DNA of 64,000 nt from contig CAVTWJ010000023.1 of NCBI GenBank assembly GCA_963738405.1, forward strand, positions 32,001-96,000, written 5' to 3'. The number at the start of each line of letters is the position of its first letter. Within the stretch, counting starts at the first letter, position 1. Both the position numbers and the translations under genes were made by a program. Source of the DNA: a candidate division FCPU426 bacterium. GTDB taxonomy: Bacteria > Oederibacteriota > Muellerivitia > Muellerivitales > Muellerivitaceae. Positions 48,537-56,618 of the stretch are shown one piece after another. Below the pieces are notes generated by a model. That model ran no database searches and was not told the DNA's origin. It saw only the letters and a program-made list of their open reading frames with translations.

Positions 48537-50657
48537 TTACTCATCAGATATCACCAGAGAGAGCCCTACCATCGGCTCGATTCTTTTGAACACCACTTTT
48601 TTGCCCCGCGTCGCCATGGTCTGTTCCGCCAGTTTGTCCAGGATCTCCTTTTGGAGCAGGCGGTTCATGGGCCTGGCCCCGAACTCGCTGGAGAAGCCTT
48701 GTTCGGCCAGCCAATCGACCGCTTCCGGAGTCACCTCCATTTCCACCCGCCCCTTCAAGCGTTCCTGGTACTCCCGGATCCTCATGCGGACAATTTCGCC
48801 GAGGGCTTCCCTGGGCAGAGGTTTGAAAAGTATGATCTCATCCATTCGATTCAGGAACTCGGGACGGAAAAACCGCTTCAGTTCACCGGTCAACCCTTCC
48901 CCCGACGGACGACCATCCCGGCTAGACGCTCCAATATTGCTCGTCATGATGATGACCGTATTCTTGAAATCCACTGATTTGCCCGCACCGTCGGTCAAAC
49001 GTCCATCGCCCAGCACCTGCAAAAAGAGGTTGAAGACATCCGAATGCGCTTTTTCCACCTCATCTAACAGCAGAACCGCGAAAGGCCTGCGGCGGACCGC
49101 CTCGGTCAGCTGGCCGCCCTCGCCATAGCCGAGGTAAGAGGGGGGCGCCCCGACGAGCCGCAAAACGGAATGCTTTTCGCTGTATTCGCTCATATCCAGC
49201 CGGACCATGGCCTTTTCCCCCCCGAAGAAACAATCGGCGACCGCCTTGGCCAATTCGCTCTTTCCCACGCCCGTGGGGCCGGTGAACAAAAGGGAAGCGA
49301 TCGGCCTTTTGGGGTCCGCTAACCCAGTAAGCCCGCGTTGAATGGCCCGGGCGACCACATTCACAGCCCCATCCTGGCCTCGGACTTTTTCCCGCAGTTG
49401 CTCGGCTATATCCGCCAATTTGAATTCTCCCGACCCATTAACAATGGAAAGAGGTATGCCTGTTTTTTCTGAAACCACCTCGGCGATATCAGTTGCAGTG
49501 ACCCTTGCGCTTATATTTTTTGCAGATCGAATATCCGCCCGAAGGCTGACCCTGGTCGCGGCTTCATCCAACAGGTCGATGGCTTTATCCGGCAGGAAAC
49601 GGTCCCCAATGAAACGGGTGGATAGGCTGACTGCGGCTTCCAGGACATCTTCCCCTATTGAAACGCCATGATGAGTTTCATAACTTTCTTTAAGACCTCT
49701 CAATATTTGGATACTGTCCGCAGCGTTCGGTTCCCCCACCCAGACCTTTTGGAACCGACGCGCCAATGCCGGGTCTTTTTCGATATGCTTGTGGTATTCG
49801 TCCAATGTGGTCGCCCCAATGCACCTCAAACCCCGTGCCAAAGCGGGTTTCAATATGTCGGAAACACTCGAACTGGCGTTCAATGCCCTGCCAAAAAGAG
49901 CGTGAAGCTCATCGATGAATAGGATGCTAGATGGCCCCGATTGCGCTATTTCGTTCAGAAGATTTTTAATCCTTTCTTCCATCTCACCCTGCCAAACAGC
50001 CCCACCCATGATTTTCACAACGTCAACCGCCATCACTTTTGTCCCCCAGAGAGGCCTTGGGGCCTGGCCTGAAGCAATGAGTTGGGCTAAACCTTCCGCG
50101 ATGGCCGTTTTACCGACACCGGGCTCGCCTACCAACACGGGGTTATTTTTGGTTCGACGCGAAAGAATGCGAATAACGTTAGCCAATTCTACCTGTCGGC
50201 CGATCATGGGTTCCAAATTGCCCTGGCGCGCTTCTTCCGTAAGATTCCTTAAAAAACTGGAGGCGGCAACTGGGGATGGACCAGACCGGGGCCCTCGGGG
50301 CTCGGGCCTAACTGGATTTCTAAACTCTTGGAGTGCACAGTCCAACAAAGGATCTTCGGGATAATGGCCGTTAATCAGCGTTTCCCAAAGGCAGTTCAGT
50401 TCGACGGTGCCATTAGGCGCCGAGGATTGCATGGCGCGGATGGCATCCTGGGATACGTGAAGCGTTTCAATTGGAAGACCCCCTCCGTTCGCAAACCTTA
50501 AGTTTGCTTTTAATCTAACAACTTTATCGGATGGCCTAACGATTTCACCGTTGTCAGCGATAGCAAGAACCAAATGCCTGGATTTCAAAAATGGGTCAGG
50601 ACCGGCGTGCCGGGCGGCCGTTAATAGCAGGTTTTCAGGAATCTCAATGGGTTGCAT
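48537..50657 (-). CDS. Clp/Hsp100 AAA+ ATPase (two NBDs) with an atypical N-domain
   Basis: RRTKNNPVLVGEPGVGKT, LFIDELH, EKDPALARRF, RFLPDKAIDLLDEA, GPTGVGKS, LLLDEVEKAH, FRPEFLNR, GARP. Confidence 0.92.
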   Translation of the reverse strand: MQPIEIPENLLLTAARHAGPDPFLKSRHLVLAIADNGEIVRPSDKVVRLKANLRFANGGGLPIETLHVSQDAIRAMQSSAPNGTVELNCLWETLINGHYPEDPLLDCALQEFRNPVRPEPRGPRSGPSPVAASSFLRNLTEEARQGNLEPMIGRQVELANVIRILSRRTKNNPVLVGEPGVGKTAIAEGLAQLIASGQAPRPLWGTKVMAVDVVKIMGGAVWQGEMEERIKNLLNEIAQSGPSSILFIDELHALFGRALNASSSVSDILKPALARGLRCIGATTLDEYHKHIEKDPALARRFQKVWVGEPNAADSIQILRGLKESYETHHGVSIGEDVLEAAVSLSTRFIGDRFLPDKAIDLLDEAATRVSLRADIRSAKNISARVTATDIAEVVSEKTGIPLSIVNGSGEFKLADIAEQLREKVRGQDGAVNVVARAIQRGLTGLADPKRPIASLLFTGPTGVGKSELAKAVADCFFGGEKAMVRLDMSEYSEKHSVLRLVGAPPSYLGYGEGGQLTEAVRRRPFAVLLLDEVEKAHSDVFNLFLQVLGDGRLTDGAGKSVDFKNTVIIMTSNIGASSRDGRPSGEGLTGELKRFFRPEFLNRMDEIILFKPLPREALGEIVRMRIREYQERLKGRVEMEVTPEAVDWLAEQGFSSEFGARPMNRLLQKEILDKLAEQTMATRGKKVVFKRIEPMVGLSLVISDE

Positions 50658-51897
50658 GTTGAGCCCGCCTTATCTTTTTCCCGCAACACTCGCAGGAATC
50701 CAGGGGATCGGTTTTGACCCCATACCACCTAAAAGGCGCCAACCCCTGTTTGAAGCCGGCAGCGCATAAGGGTGTCATCTTTCCTTCATAAGGGCCTTCG
50801 CGTCGGGTTGCCTGGAAAAAGAAACCATGTCCGTCGGCGAAATCTTCCATCCATCCCTCATAGCCACTGGGTTTTCCGTAAGTCAGGGCGATGAGGGCTA
50901 AACGGGCCATGAAGGCAGGCACGGGCGCGATATCCACGGCCAGTCCGGCCCAAATGGCCGTTTCCTTGTCAGCATAAGCGGGCAGGTTTCGATCCGCCGA
51001 GTGTAACGATGAGATTTCTTCGCTTTCATTGGAGAAAAATCCGCCGCCATAAAGACAGGCGAAACAGGCTTTTTGATGCCCCGGCCAAAACCAAAAAACA
51101 TCCCCGCCCACGCCCCTTTGAAGAACCCTTCCAATAACGAGAGGCTTGTTCCCAGTAACGCAGGCCTGATTGGCTTGGAACCGGGTTGGGTTGTTGTCCG
51201 TACCTACGACGCACAAGGAGGATTGTTGGACTAAGGCCGCGAGATTCATTTCGCGCATATCGCCGTGTAGGGTTTGCACATCAACCCATGGGTTTTTTTG
51301 TTGAAGCATAGACTTGACCGCATCAACCTTCCGGCGGCCTAATTGATTCAATCCAGCCGTATGGCGAAATAGATTCTCAAGGGCAATATGGTCTCCATCC
51401 ACCAGTATGAAGCGCATCACACCCGATTGAACTAGCAGTTGCGCTGTTTGGGAACCAAGTGAACCGCAACCCAATATCAAAACGGTTGAATCGGCCAAAT
51501 CGTCTACTTCCAACAAACCCTTTTGTCTGTCAAAAAGGAGTTCCCTTTTAGGCAATTCACTGAGAACCAAATCAGTTTCCTCGTCGTCACGGCAGTGGTA
51601 AACATGGGGATTTTCACCCTTATGGTGTTTTAGAATCACGAAACCCTCTGTGGGCGCAAACTGCTTCGCACGGGCCAACAACCTGGTAGGAATTTCCATT
51701 CCGTCCGGAACCGCGACTAAGGGGCTCGGAAGGCCAACCGACCGCCGGGCTTCCTGGCTGGACGGATCGGGGAAAACGTGCCATACCCGGCCTTCATCAA
51801 GAACCCGGCTACCCGCAGGGAAAAAACAAGGCTCGGGGGGCAAACGATCCAACCCCGGCCAAAGAAAAGCCTTGTTGGGGATTGAAGAAATCTTCAT
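50644..51897 (-). CDS. ThiF/MoeB/E1-like adenylyltransferase
   Basis: ILGCGSLGS, LVDGD...NLFRH, GRRKV, GTDN, CFAC and CECC zinc pairs. Confidence 0.92.
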   Translation of the reverse strand: MKISSIPNKAFLWPGLDRLPPEPCFFPAGSRVLDEGRVWHVFPDPSSQEARRSVGLPSPLVAVPDGMEIPTRLLARAKQFAPTEGFVILKHHKGENPHVYHCRDDEETDLVLSELPKRELLFDRQKGLLEVDDLADSTVLILGCGSLGSQTAQLLVQSGVMRFILVDGDHIALENLFRHTAGLNQLGRRKVDAVKSMLQQKNPWVDVQTLHGDMREMNLAALVQQSSLCVVGTDNNPTRFQANQACVTGNKPLVIGRVLQRGVGGDVFWFWPGHQKACFACLYGGGFFSNESEEISSLHSADRNLPAYADKETAIWAGLAVDIAPVPAFMARLALIALTYGKPSGYEGWMEDFADGHGFFFQATRREGPYEGKMTPLCAAGFKQGLAPFRWYGVKTDPLDSCECCGKKIRRAQHATH

Positions 51898-52106
51898 TCG
51901 GTCACCTGGTTCTTTCCCCCAAAGCCCCGGGCGGCGATCTGCTGGATCGCCAAGTTTTGGGTTTCACGGTTGGGTTCGCCCATCCGGAGTTCACCCGTGG
52001 CGGGATCCATCAAGATGGCTTGGCCGGGGGTTTTACGAGGCAGGGGGGGAGCCGTAACCTCGGGCTGGGAGTTTCTTAACCTGTTGAATTCATCCATCAG
52101 ACCCAT
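51894..52106 (-). CDS. 70-aa peptide with near-terminal Gly-Gly (candidate conjugatable tag)
   Basis: GGAGG RBS; ...IAARGFGG-KNQVTE*; ATGA overlap with the E1 gene. Confidence 0.7.
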   Translation of the reverse strand: MGLMDEFNRLRNSQPEVTAPPLPRKTPGQAILMDPATGELRMGEPNRETQNLAIQQIAARGFGGKNQVTE

Positions 52107-52133
52107 AAAGCACCTCCAGTTATTTTTCGGTTA

Positions 52134-52880
52134 TTAAACCGACCAGCCTTTTTCTGAATCGTTCAGCGCTCTTCTTGATTCGATATTACCAACTATTTTT
52201 AAACCTACCGGATTTGCAATTTTACATTCCGTTAAATTCTTCCCTTGGCCTATCGATTGTGTTCTGGCGTTCCCTTCCGCAGGCCGAAAATCCTTTGACG
52301 GTGGCTCTGAACACTTTTTTTCGAGGCCGGAATTATTCCTTGAAGCAGGAATGATTTTGATGGGAACCGGAAAATACTCGCCCTTAGGTAAAAACAGTGT
52401 CGCAGTCAAAACCAGTTTGGGTTTAAACGTTTTTGAGATGGAAGCAACAACGGCCATGAGCGGAAGTCCGGTTGATTGAGCGGTTGATTCCATCGTTGAA
52501 ATATCATGGCCGCTCACTGTTGGCAGACCCAAAGAATGGTGGGAATGCCATTGGCCCATATAGGCAAAACCCTGCAAACCATTCAGTTCGGCATTATGAA
52601 TTTCATAAGCAGGATCTTGTGTAAAGAAAGCGACATGCTTCACGGCTTTAGGGCCTGGGCCGGTTATCCGGGATATTAAGAACCATTTCCCCAGGTACAA
52701 CTTTCCGTAGAGGCCGCCCCCCGTTTCGTTTCTGGGGTTGGCAAAAGTTTCTCTTTCGATTTCTTTGTGGGCCGATTCCCTTATAAACAGACGTAAATGA
52801 GTCACGCCCGTCGTTTTGAAAGAAGGTTTTCTTTTGGCTTTGGGTTTGAACAGTTTTATCCAGAACATTACACGCCCCAT
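52134..52880 (-). CDS. JAB/MPN+ (JAMM) metallo-isopeptidase
   Basis: ETGG.L.G, GPGP, GQWHSHH...SGHD (E-HxH-S-D). Confidence 0.88.
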   Translation of the reverse strand: MGRVMFWIKLFKPKAKRKPSFKTTGVTHLRLFIRESAHKEIERETFANPRNETGGGLYGKLYLGKWFLISRITGPGPKAVKHVAFFTQDPAYEIHNAELNGLQGFAYMGQWHSHHSLGLPTVSGHDISTMESTAQSTGLPLMAVVASISKTFKPKLVLTATLFLPKGEYFPVPIKIIPASRNNSGLEKKCSEPPSKDFRPAEGNARTQSIGQGKNLTECKIANPVGLKIVGNIESRRALNDSEKGWSV

Positions 52881-53329
52881 TCATTAAAAACTTGTTGGAT
52901 CGATTGTCCGGTTCTGAGATGCACGATGAAAGCTTCGGACCATAGCCGGGTTTTTACACACAGGTTGTATATGCTGTCGTTCGGTTTCCAGTCGTGGATC
53001 GTCACACAGAGCCTTAGCCTATTTTTACGGTTTGGCACAAGTCCAAGGACATGAAACGAAGCGTTAGCGCTTACAAACTGATCCCCTTGCCGATCAATGA
53101 CCGGATTAGGCTCATCAACAAGGACAAAGGGTTCAATGGAGCTTTCCTCTGGAAAATCGATGGTGTACCTGAACAAAAAACGCTCATTCGTCGGGATATT
53201 GATCTTAAACACGATAATTTCATTCCTGTCCCGAGATTCAGTTTCAACTCTCGCGTCCTGGAACCCATGAGCCCGTAACATGTTAAGTTCGAAGTCAGCC
53301 CTAATCAGGCGCTCTTGGGTGTAAGCCAT
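52868..53329 (-). CDS. Prokaryotic E2/UBC-like protein
   Basis: N-terminal helix RL..(D/E), beta strands, FP....P.V.V..P, FHVL...RLC....WKP..SI, LW: UBC-like His/Cys/WxP spacing; GAGGAG RBS. Confidence 0.65.
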   Translation of the reverse strand: MAYTQERLIRADFELNMLRAHGFQDARVETESRDRNEIIVFKINIPTNERFLFRYTIDFPEESSIEPFVLVDEPNPVIDRQGDQFVSANASFHVLGLVPNRKNRLRLCVTIHDWKPNDSIYNLCVKTRLWSEAFIVHLRTGQSIQQVFNEWGV

Positions 53330-53724
53330 TGGATTTTCTCCTCTCTACCGCGATTCTCTCTACCCTCGTTTAAACCTTACCGGAATTTAGTCACTGTGTG
53401 TTTATTTGCAATTTTGAGAATTATGGGTCTCCTAACCCGACTTTCGGATGCTACCACTGAATTGTCTGGAGAACGGTTTTGCAAATTTGCGGGGCGGAGA
53501 CCGAAGAAGCGTACAAAAGACTAGAAGCAAAGAAGTAAGCTGGTACGCAACTTTGTGTAAGTTCTGTGTTGATTGGCTTTTATGAGGACATTCCAAACGC
53601 GAAGAAGAGTTTAATGGCAGGGTTTTACTCAACAAGCTTTCATTTAAACGGAAATTGGATGTGCATTAACTGGAAAAAATTATTACAGGGCTTGGAAACG
53701 AGTGATTTCTTAAAAGCTCAAAAT

Positions 53725-53925
53725 TTACGGATCTTCTATATCATTACTTCCCTGGTACAAAACCACATTTGATTCTTCCCAGGTTTGGAGGGGGAGTTGG
53801 TCGCTGGTCCAGACTTTCAGGATAGCTTTCCCGTCATTTTTCGAAAGGATGATCTTCTTGACCTGACCTCTAATCTTGAACCGCAGGTGCTGAACCCAGT
53901 CATTGATTTCGATTTTATTAGTCAT
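53725..53925 (-). CDS. Small hypothetical protein (SH3-like pattern)
   Basis: INDWVQH..F.IRGQV; 66 aa. Confidence 0.4.
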   Translation of the reverse strand: MTNKIEINDWVQHLRFKIRGQVKKIILSKNDGKAILKVWTSDQLPLQTWEESNVVLYQGSNDIEDP

Positions 53926-53967
53926 GATTTTGGCATGTGTTTAATTTTATCCATCTAGTTGGACCCT

Positions 53968-54966
53968 CTAAAGAACAGCTCGAAGTTCCGCAAACCGAGC
54001 CAGCACATCCCTCCAATGCGGGTATGGGGCGTAACAAAGAAGTCGGCATTGCTCCTCGTACTCAGCACCAATGACCGTTGCCAATTCCGCAGGTGGAAAA
54101 AGAGCATCGCTAAGCGAAAAACGCATGTCTTCGGGATAGAAATAGCTCTTGGGGAAGGCCGTGCGGCTGATATGGTCGTAATCCGTTTTGATGGTGCCGT
54201 ATTCCTTTGACCAAAGCATGGCGATGACTTCAGGCTGAGACGCCAGTTGGAAAAGATCGTAATAGTGTCGCGCATAACTGCCAATTGGACGCCGGTCGCG
54301 TTTCAACAGCTCCACCTTACTGTGGATGGCAAACATTTTCTCAACAAACGTCCGCCTGAAATGAAGCAACCGGAAGGGAAATCCACCCTCATCCTCCGCT
54401 CCCAAAGACGGACCTTTCTCCTTCAGAAACTGGCCGAGATAGGATTGAAGATTCACGATTGTTGTGGGTTCACGCCCGCTGGCCGTACCGGCCTCCACAA
54501 GAACACGATTGGCGACTTCCCCAGAACCACCGAAGCGCTGCGTATAGGAGAACCTGTCACTACGGCCAAAACCGCCAATCGTTTGACTCTCCTTTTCGAT
54601 GAACGTCAGCGCAGGATGGGCACCAATGGCGTCCCGGAGTTTCTTGAGTTCCCGGTCAATCGCCCGTTTAACCAACGCAGGTTGAAAAGCGGCAGGGTCA
54701 AGAAAAAGGTCTATGTCTTCCGAAAATCGCTGGATCAAATTCCAGCCTTTGAGCAGGCTGGTGCCGCCCTTGAAGATGACTTTGTCCCCTGCCGTGGCCG
54801 CAATAATGCGCAGGGCTTCAGTGACGTAATAGTCTTTCTCGATGATGGCCGGACGCAATCCTTGGGCTCGGAAATGTTCCGCCGCCCGGATAATCGCCTG
54901 TTCGAAATCAGGGTTTTCATACAGTCTCACGTCAACGACGCTCCTTTGCCTGCCATTCGGAAGCAA
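53968..54966 (-). CDS. AbiEii-type nucleotidyltransferase toxin (second module)
   Basis: IEKDYYV, FKGGTSL, RFSEDIDL, RTFVEK, ARHYYDL; true start probably near 54935. Confidence 0.9.
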   Translation of the reverse strand: MLPNGRQRSVVDVRLYENPDFEQAIIRAAEHFRAQGLRPAIIEKDYYVTEALRIIAATAGDKVIFKGGTSLLKGWNLIQRFSEDIDLFLDPAAFQPALVKRAIDRELKKLRDAIGAHPALTFIEKESQTIGGFGRSDRFSYTQRFGGSGEVANRVLVEAGTASGREPTTIVNLQSYLGQFLKEKGPSLGAEDEGGFPFRLLHFRRTFVEKMFAIHSKVELLKRDRRPIGSYARHYYDLFQLASQPEVIAMLWSKEYGTIKTDYDHISRTAFPKSYFYPEDMRFSLSDALFPPAELATVIGAEYEEQCRLLCYAPYPHWRDVLARFAELRAVL

Positions 54967-55678
54967 ACTTTAAACTAGAAAAAATTCCAAAGTCGAATCT
55001 AGAGAATGGGTTGAGGGATTCTCGTAAACGGCGCAACACTTTCGGATTTTTTCCAAGCTGTTTCCCCGCCGCACCCAATATCGCCCTAACCCTCGGTGGT
55101 TCGGAGTCCGCCACACTGAGCAAACGCTCAAAGCACCCCTTTTGGGATAACAAATCCATGGTTCGGCTGATGGTTTCGGCAGGGGACATTTCACTCGATT
55201 TCCCCCCCTGGCGCAGAAAATCCAGAAGCGCGGCTTCCTTTTCCGCAAGGTTTCCCCATGCTTCCGGTCTGCGGGTATGAATGACTGTATTCTTCCCAAT
55301 AAGCTTGCGGGGAAGGCTTGAGGCGCTTGTGGCGATCTCGCTTTCCTTAGGGTTCTGGGTTGTGAACCCCAAGAGATTCGCGGCTGCAATCCCTGAAGGA
55401 AACATCGTCTTTCGCTTCGAAGCAAGCATCTGGATTAAAGCCGGATTTGGACGGCTTTTACCAAAGTTGGTTTGCCGTGTCCGGTAATAGACACCTTTGC
55501 TAAGCCGATCAATCATCCCGGCGCGCGTAAGCCGTGAGAGAGCCTGGGCAACTGCTGCAAATGGAAAATCCCGAAAATCCTCCAAACGCCATAATCGTTC
55601 GCCGCCATTTTCGACCCGTTGGCGGACAAGCCCGGAAATTTTGGTTGGATTGGAAGGCGTTTTAAGGATCGTGGACAT
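54932..55678 (-). CDS. AbiEi-like / DUF6088 antitoxin (second module)
   Basis: AVAQALSRL...G.I.RL.KG.YY, AANLLGFTTQ. Confidence 0.85.
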   Translation of the reverse strand: MSTILKTPSNPTKISGLVRQRVENGGERLWRLEDFRDFPFAAVAQALSRLTRAGMIDRLSKGVYYRTRQTNFGKSRPNPALIQMLASKRKTMFPSGIAAANLLGFTTQNPKESEIATSASSLPRKLIGKNTVIHTRRPEAWGNLAEKEAALLDFLRQGGKSSEMSPAETISRTMDLLSQKGCFERLLSVADSEPPRVRAILGAAGKQLGKNPKVLRRLRESLNPFSRFDFGIFSSLKFASEWQAKERR

Positions 55679-55708
55679 ATTGATAATATCGGGCCAAGGC
55701 AACTTTAC

Positions 55709-55736
55709 GTCAAGTTTTTTTGCTGTAAAACTTGAC
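55709..55736. promoter_or_regulatory. Inverted repeat, probable AbiE operator overlapping a TTGAC -35-like element
   Basis: GTCAAGTTTT-N8-AAAACTTGAC upstream of the antitoxin ATG. Confidence 0.65.
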
Positions 55737-55788
55737 ACTTATCAATTAACCCCCTTTTAGAGCCACCTATGCTCAACCTCATCAAGGT

Positions 55789-56613
55789 TTACTTCCCTTC
55801 ATCTACCAACGGGTGATTCAACTGGTGCCAGATCCGTTTGAACGGAAGGGACACGGCCTTCTCATAATCTGATACAAACCATCGGGATCGTTTTCGTTCA
55901 TCGATTCGAGAGCGAAGGATATTGATCATTCTTTTTGCATTTTCCGGATTCGCCGAAACAACGAGCCGAAGTGCATCAGGAAAAGATTCATCTAGGTATT
56001 CAATCATTCTTCTAATTTTCCCTTCTGGGTTTTGAACATGCTCGAATTCCAATGCAAAACCGTATCTCTTCCCTTCCAAATCGGCCTCGAAATACCCATC
56101 AGGAGTTCTACGCCCCTTACTTTGGATATTGACCCAATTAGAACGCCATTTTCCCTTGTCTAATTCCCCCGCCAAAAATGTCTTTTTAACTTCCTGAGTG
56201 ATACCACCCCGCATTTCAAAGTCTGAAAGCCAAAACACCCTTTTAAGTTCAGTATTCGCCTCAAACGCGATTCTTATGGTTTGAACAAGCAAGTCGTGTT
56301 TTCTTTCGTATGGATTAATCTTTACAGGATAATTCACGCTTCGTACAAGAATCTTGCCCATTGCGTCTAAGGCCTTGATGGCACCACCCGTCAGGTAATA
56401 CATAGAATCCTGAAAAGTGGTTCCTTCCGCCTTGGTCACTTCCAAGAACCCTTTTTTCAGATATTGGTTTCTAAGAACATGGCAGGCCATTCGGTAGGTT
56501 CGGGGTTGGATGAACCTTTTGTGGAATAACTCGGGAATGGTGAACTTATTGGAATGAATCCAACCTAAATGCGCAGCTTCTTCTTCCGTTATTAAGAAAT
56601 TCGGCTTCATCAT
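55789..56613 (-). CDS. Replication-relaxation family protein (wHTH + PD-(D/E)xK fold), candidate relaxase
   Basis: YYLT..A, HDLL, PDGYF, ALEFE motifs; directly downstream of the coupling-protein gene. Confidence 0.65.
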   Translation of the reverse strand: MMKPNFLITEEEAAHLGWIHSNKFTIPELFHKRFIQPRTYRMACHVLRNQYLKKGFLEVTKAEGTTFQDSMYYLTGGAIKALDAMGKILVRSVNYPVKINPYERKHDLLVQTIRIAFEANTELKRVFWLSDFEMRGGITQEVKKTFLAGELDKGKWRSNWVNIQSKGRRTPDGYFEADLEGKRYGFALEFEHVQNPEGKIRRMIEYLDESFPDALRLVVSANPENAKRMINILRSRIDERKRSRWFVSDYEKAVSLPFKRIWHQLNHPLVDEGK

Positions 56614-56618
56614 TTGCT

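Noticed and set aside
50644..53329. CBASS (Cap2/Cap3) or thiamine/molybdopterin biosynthesis
   Set aside because: No CD-NTase, ThiS/MoaD-like carrier or biosynthetic genes in the neighbourhood.
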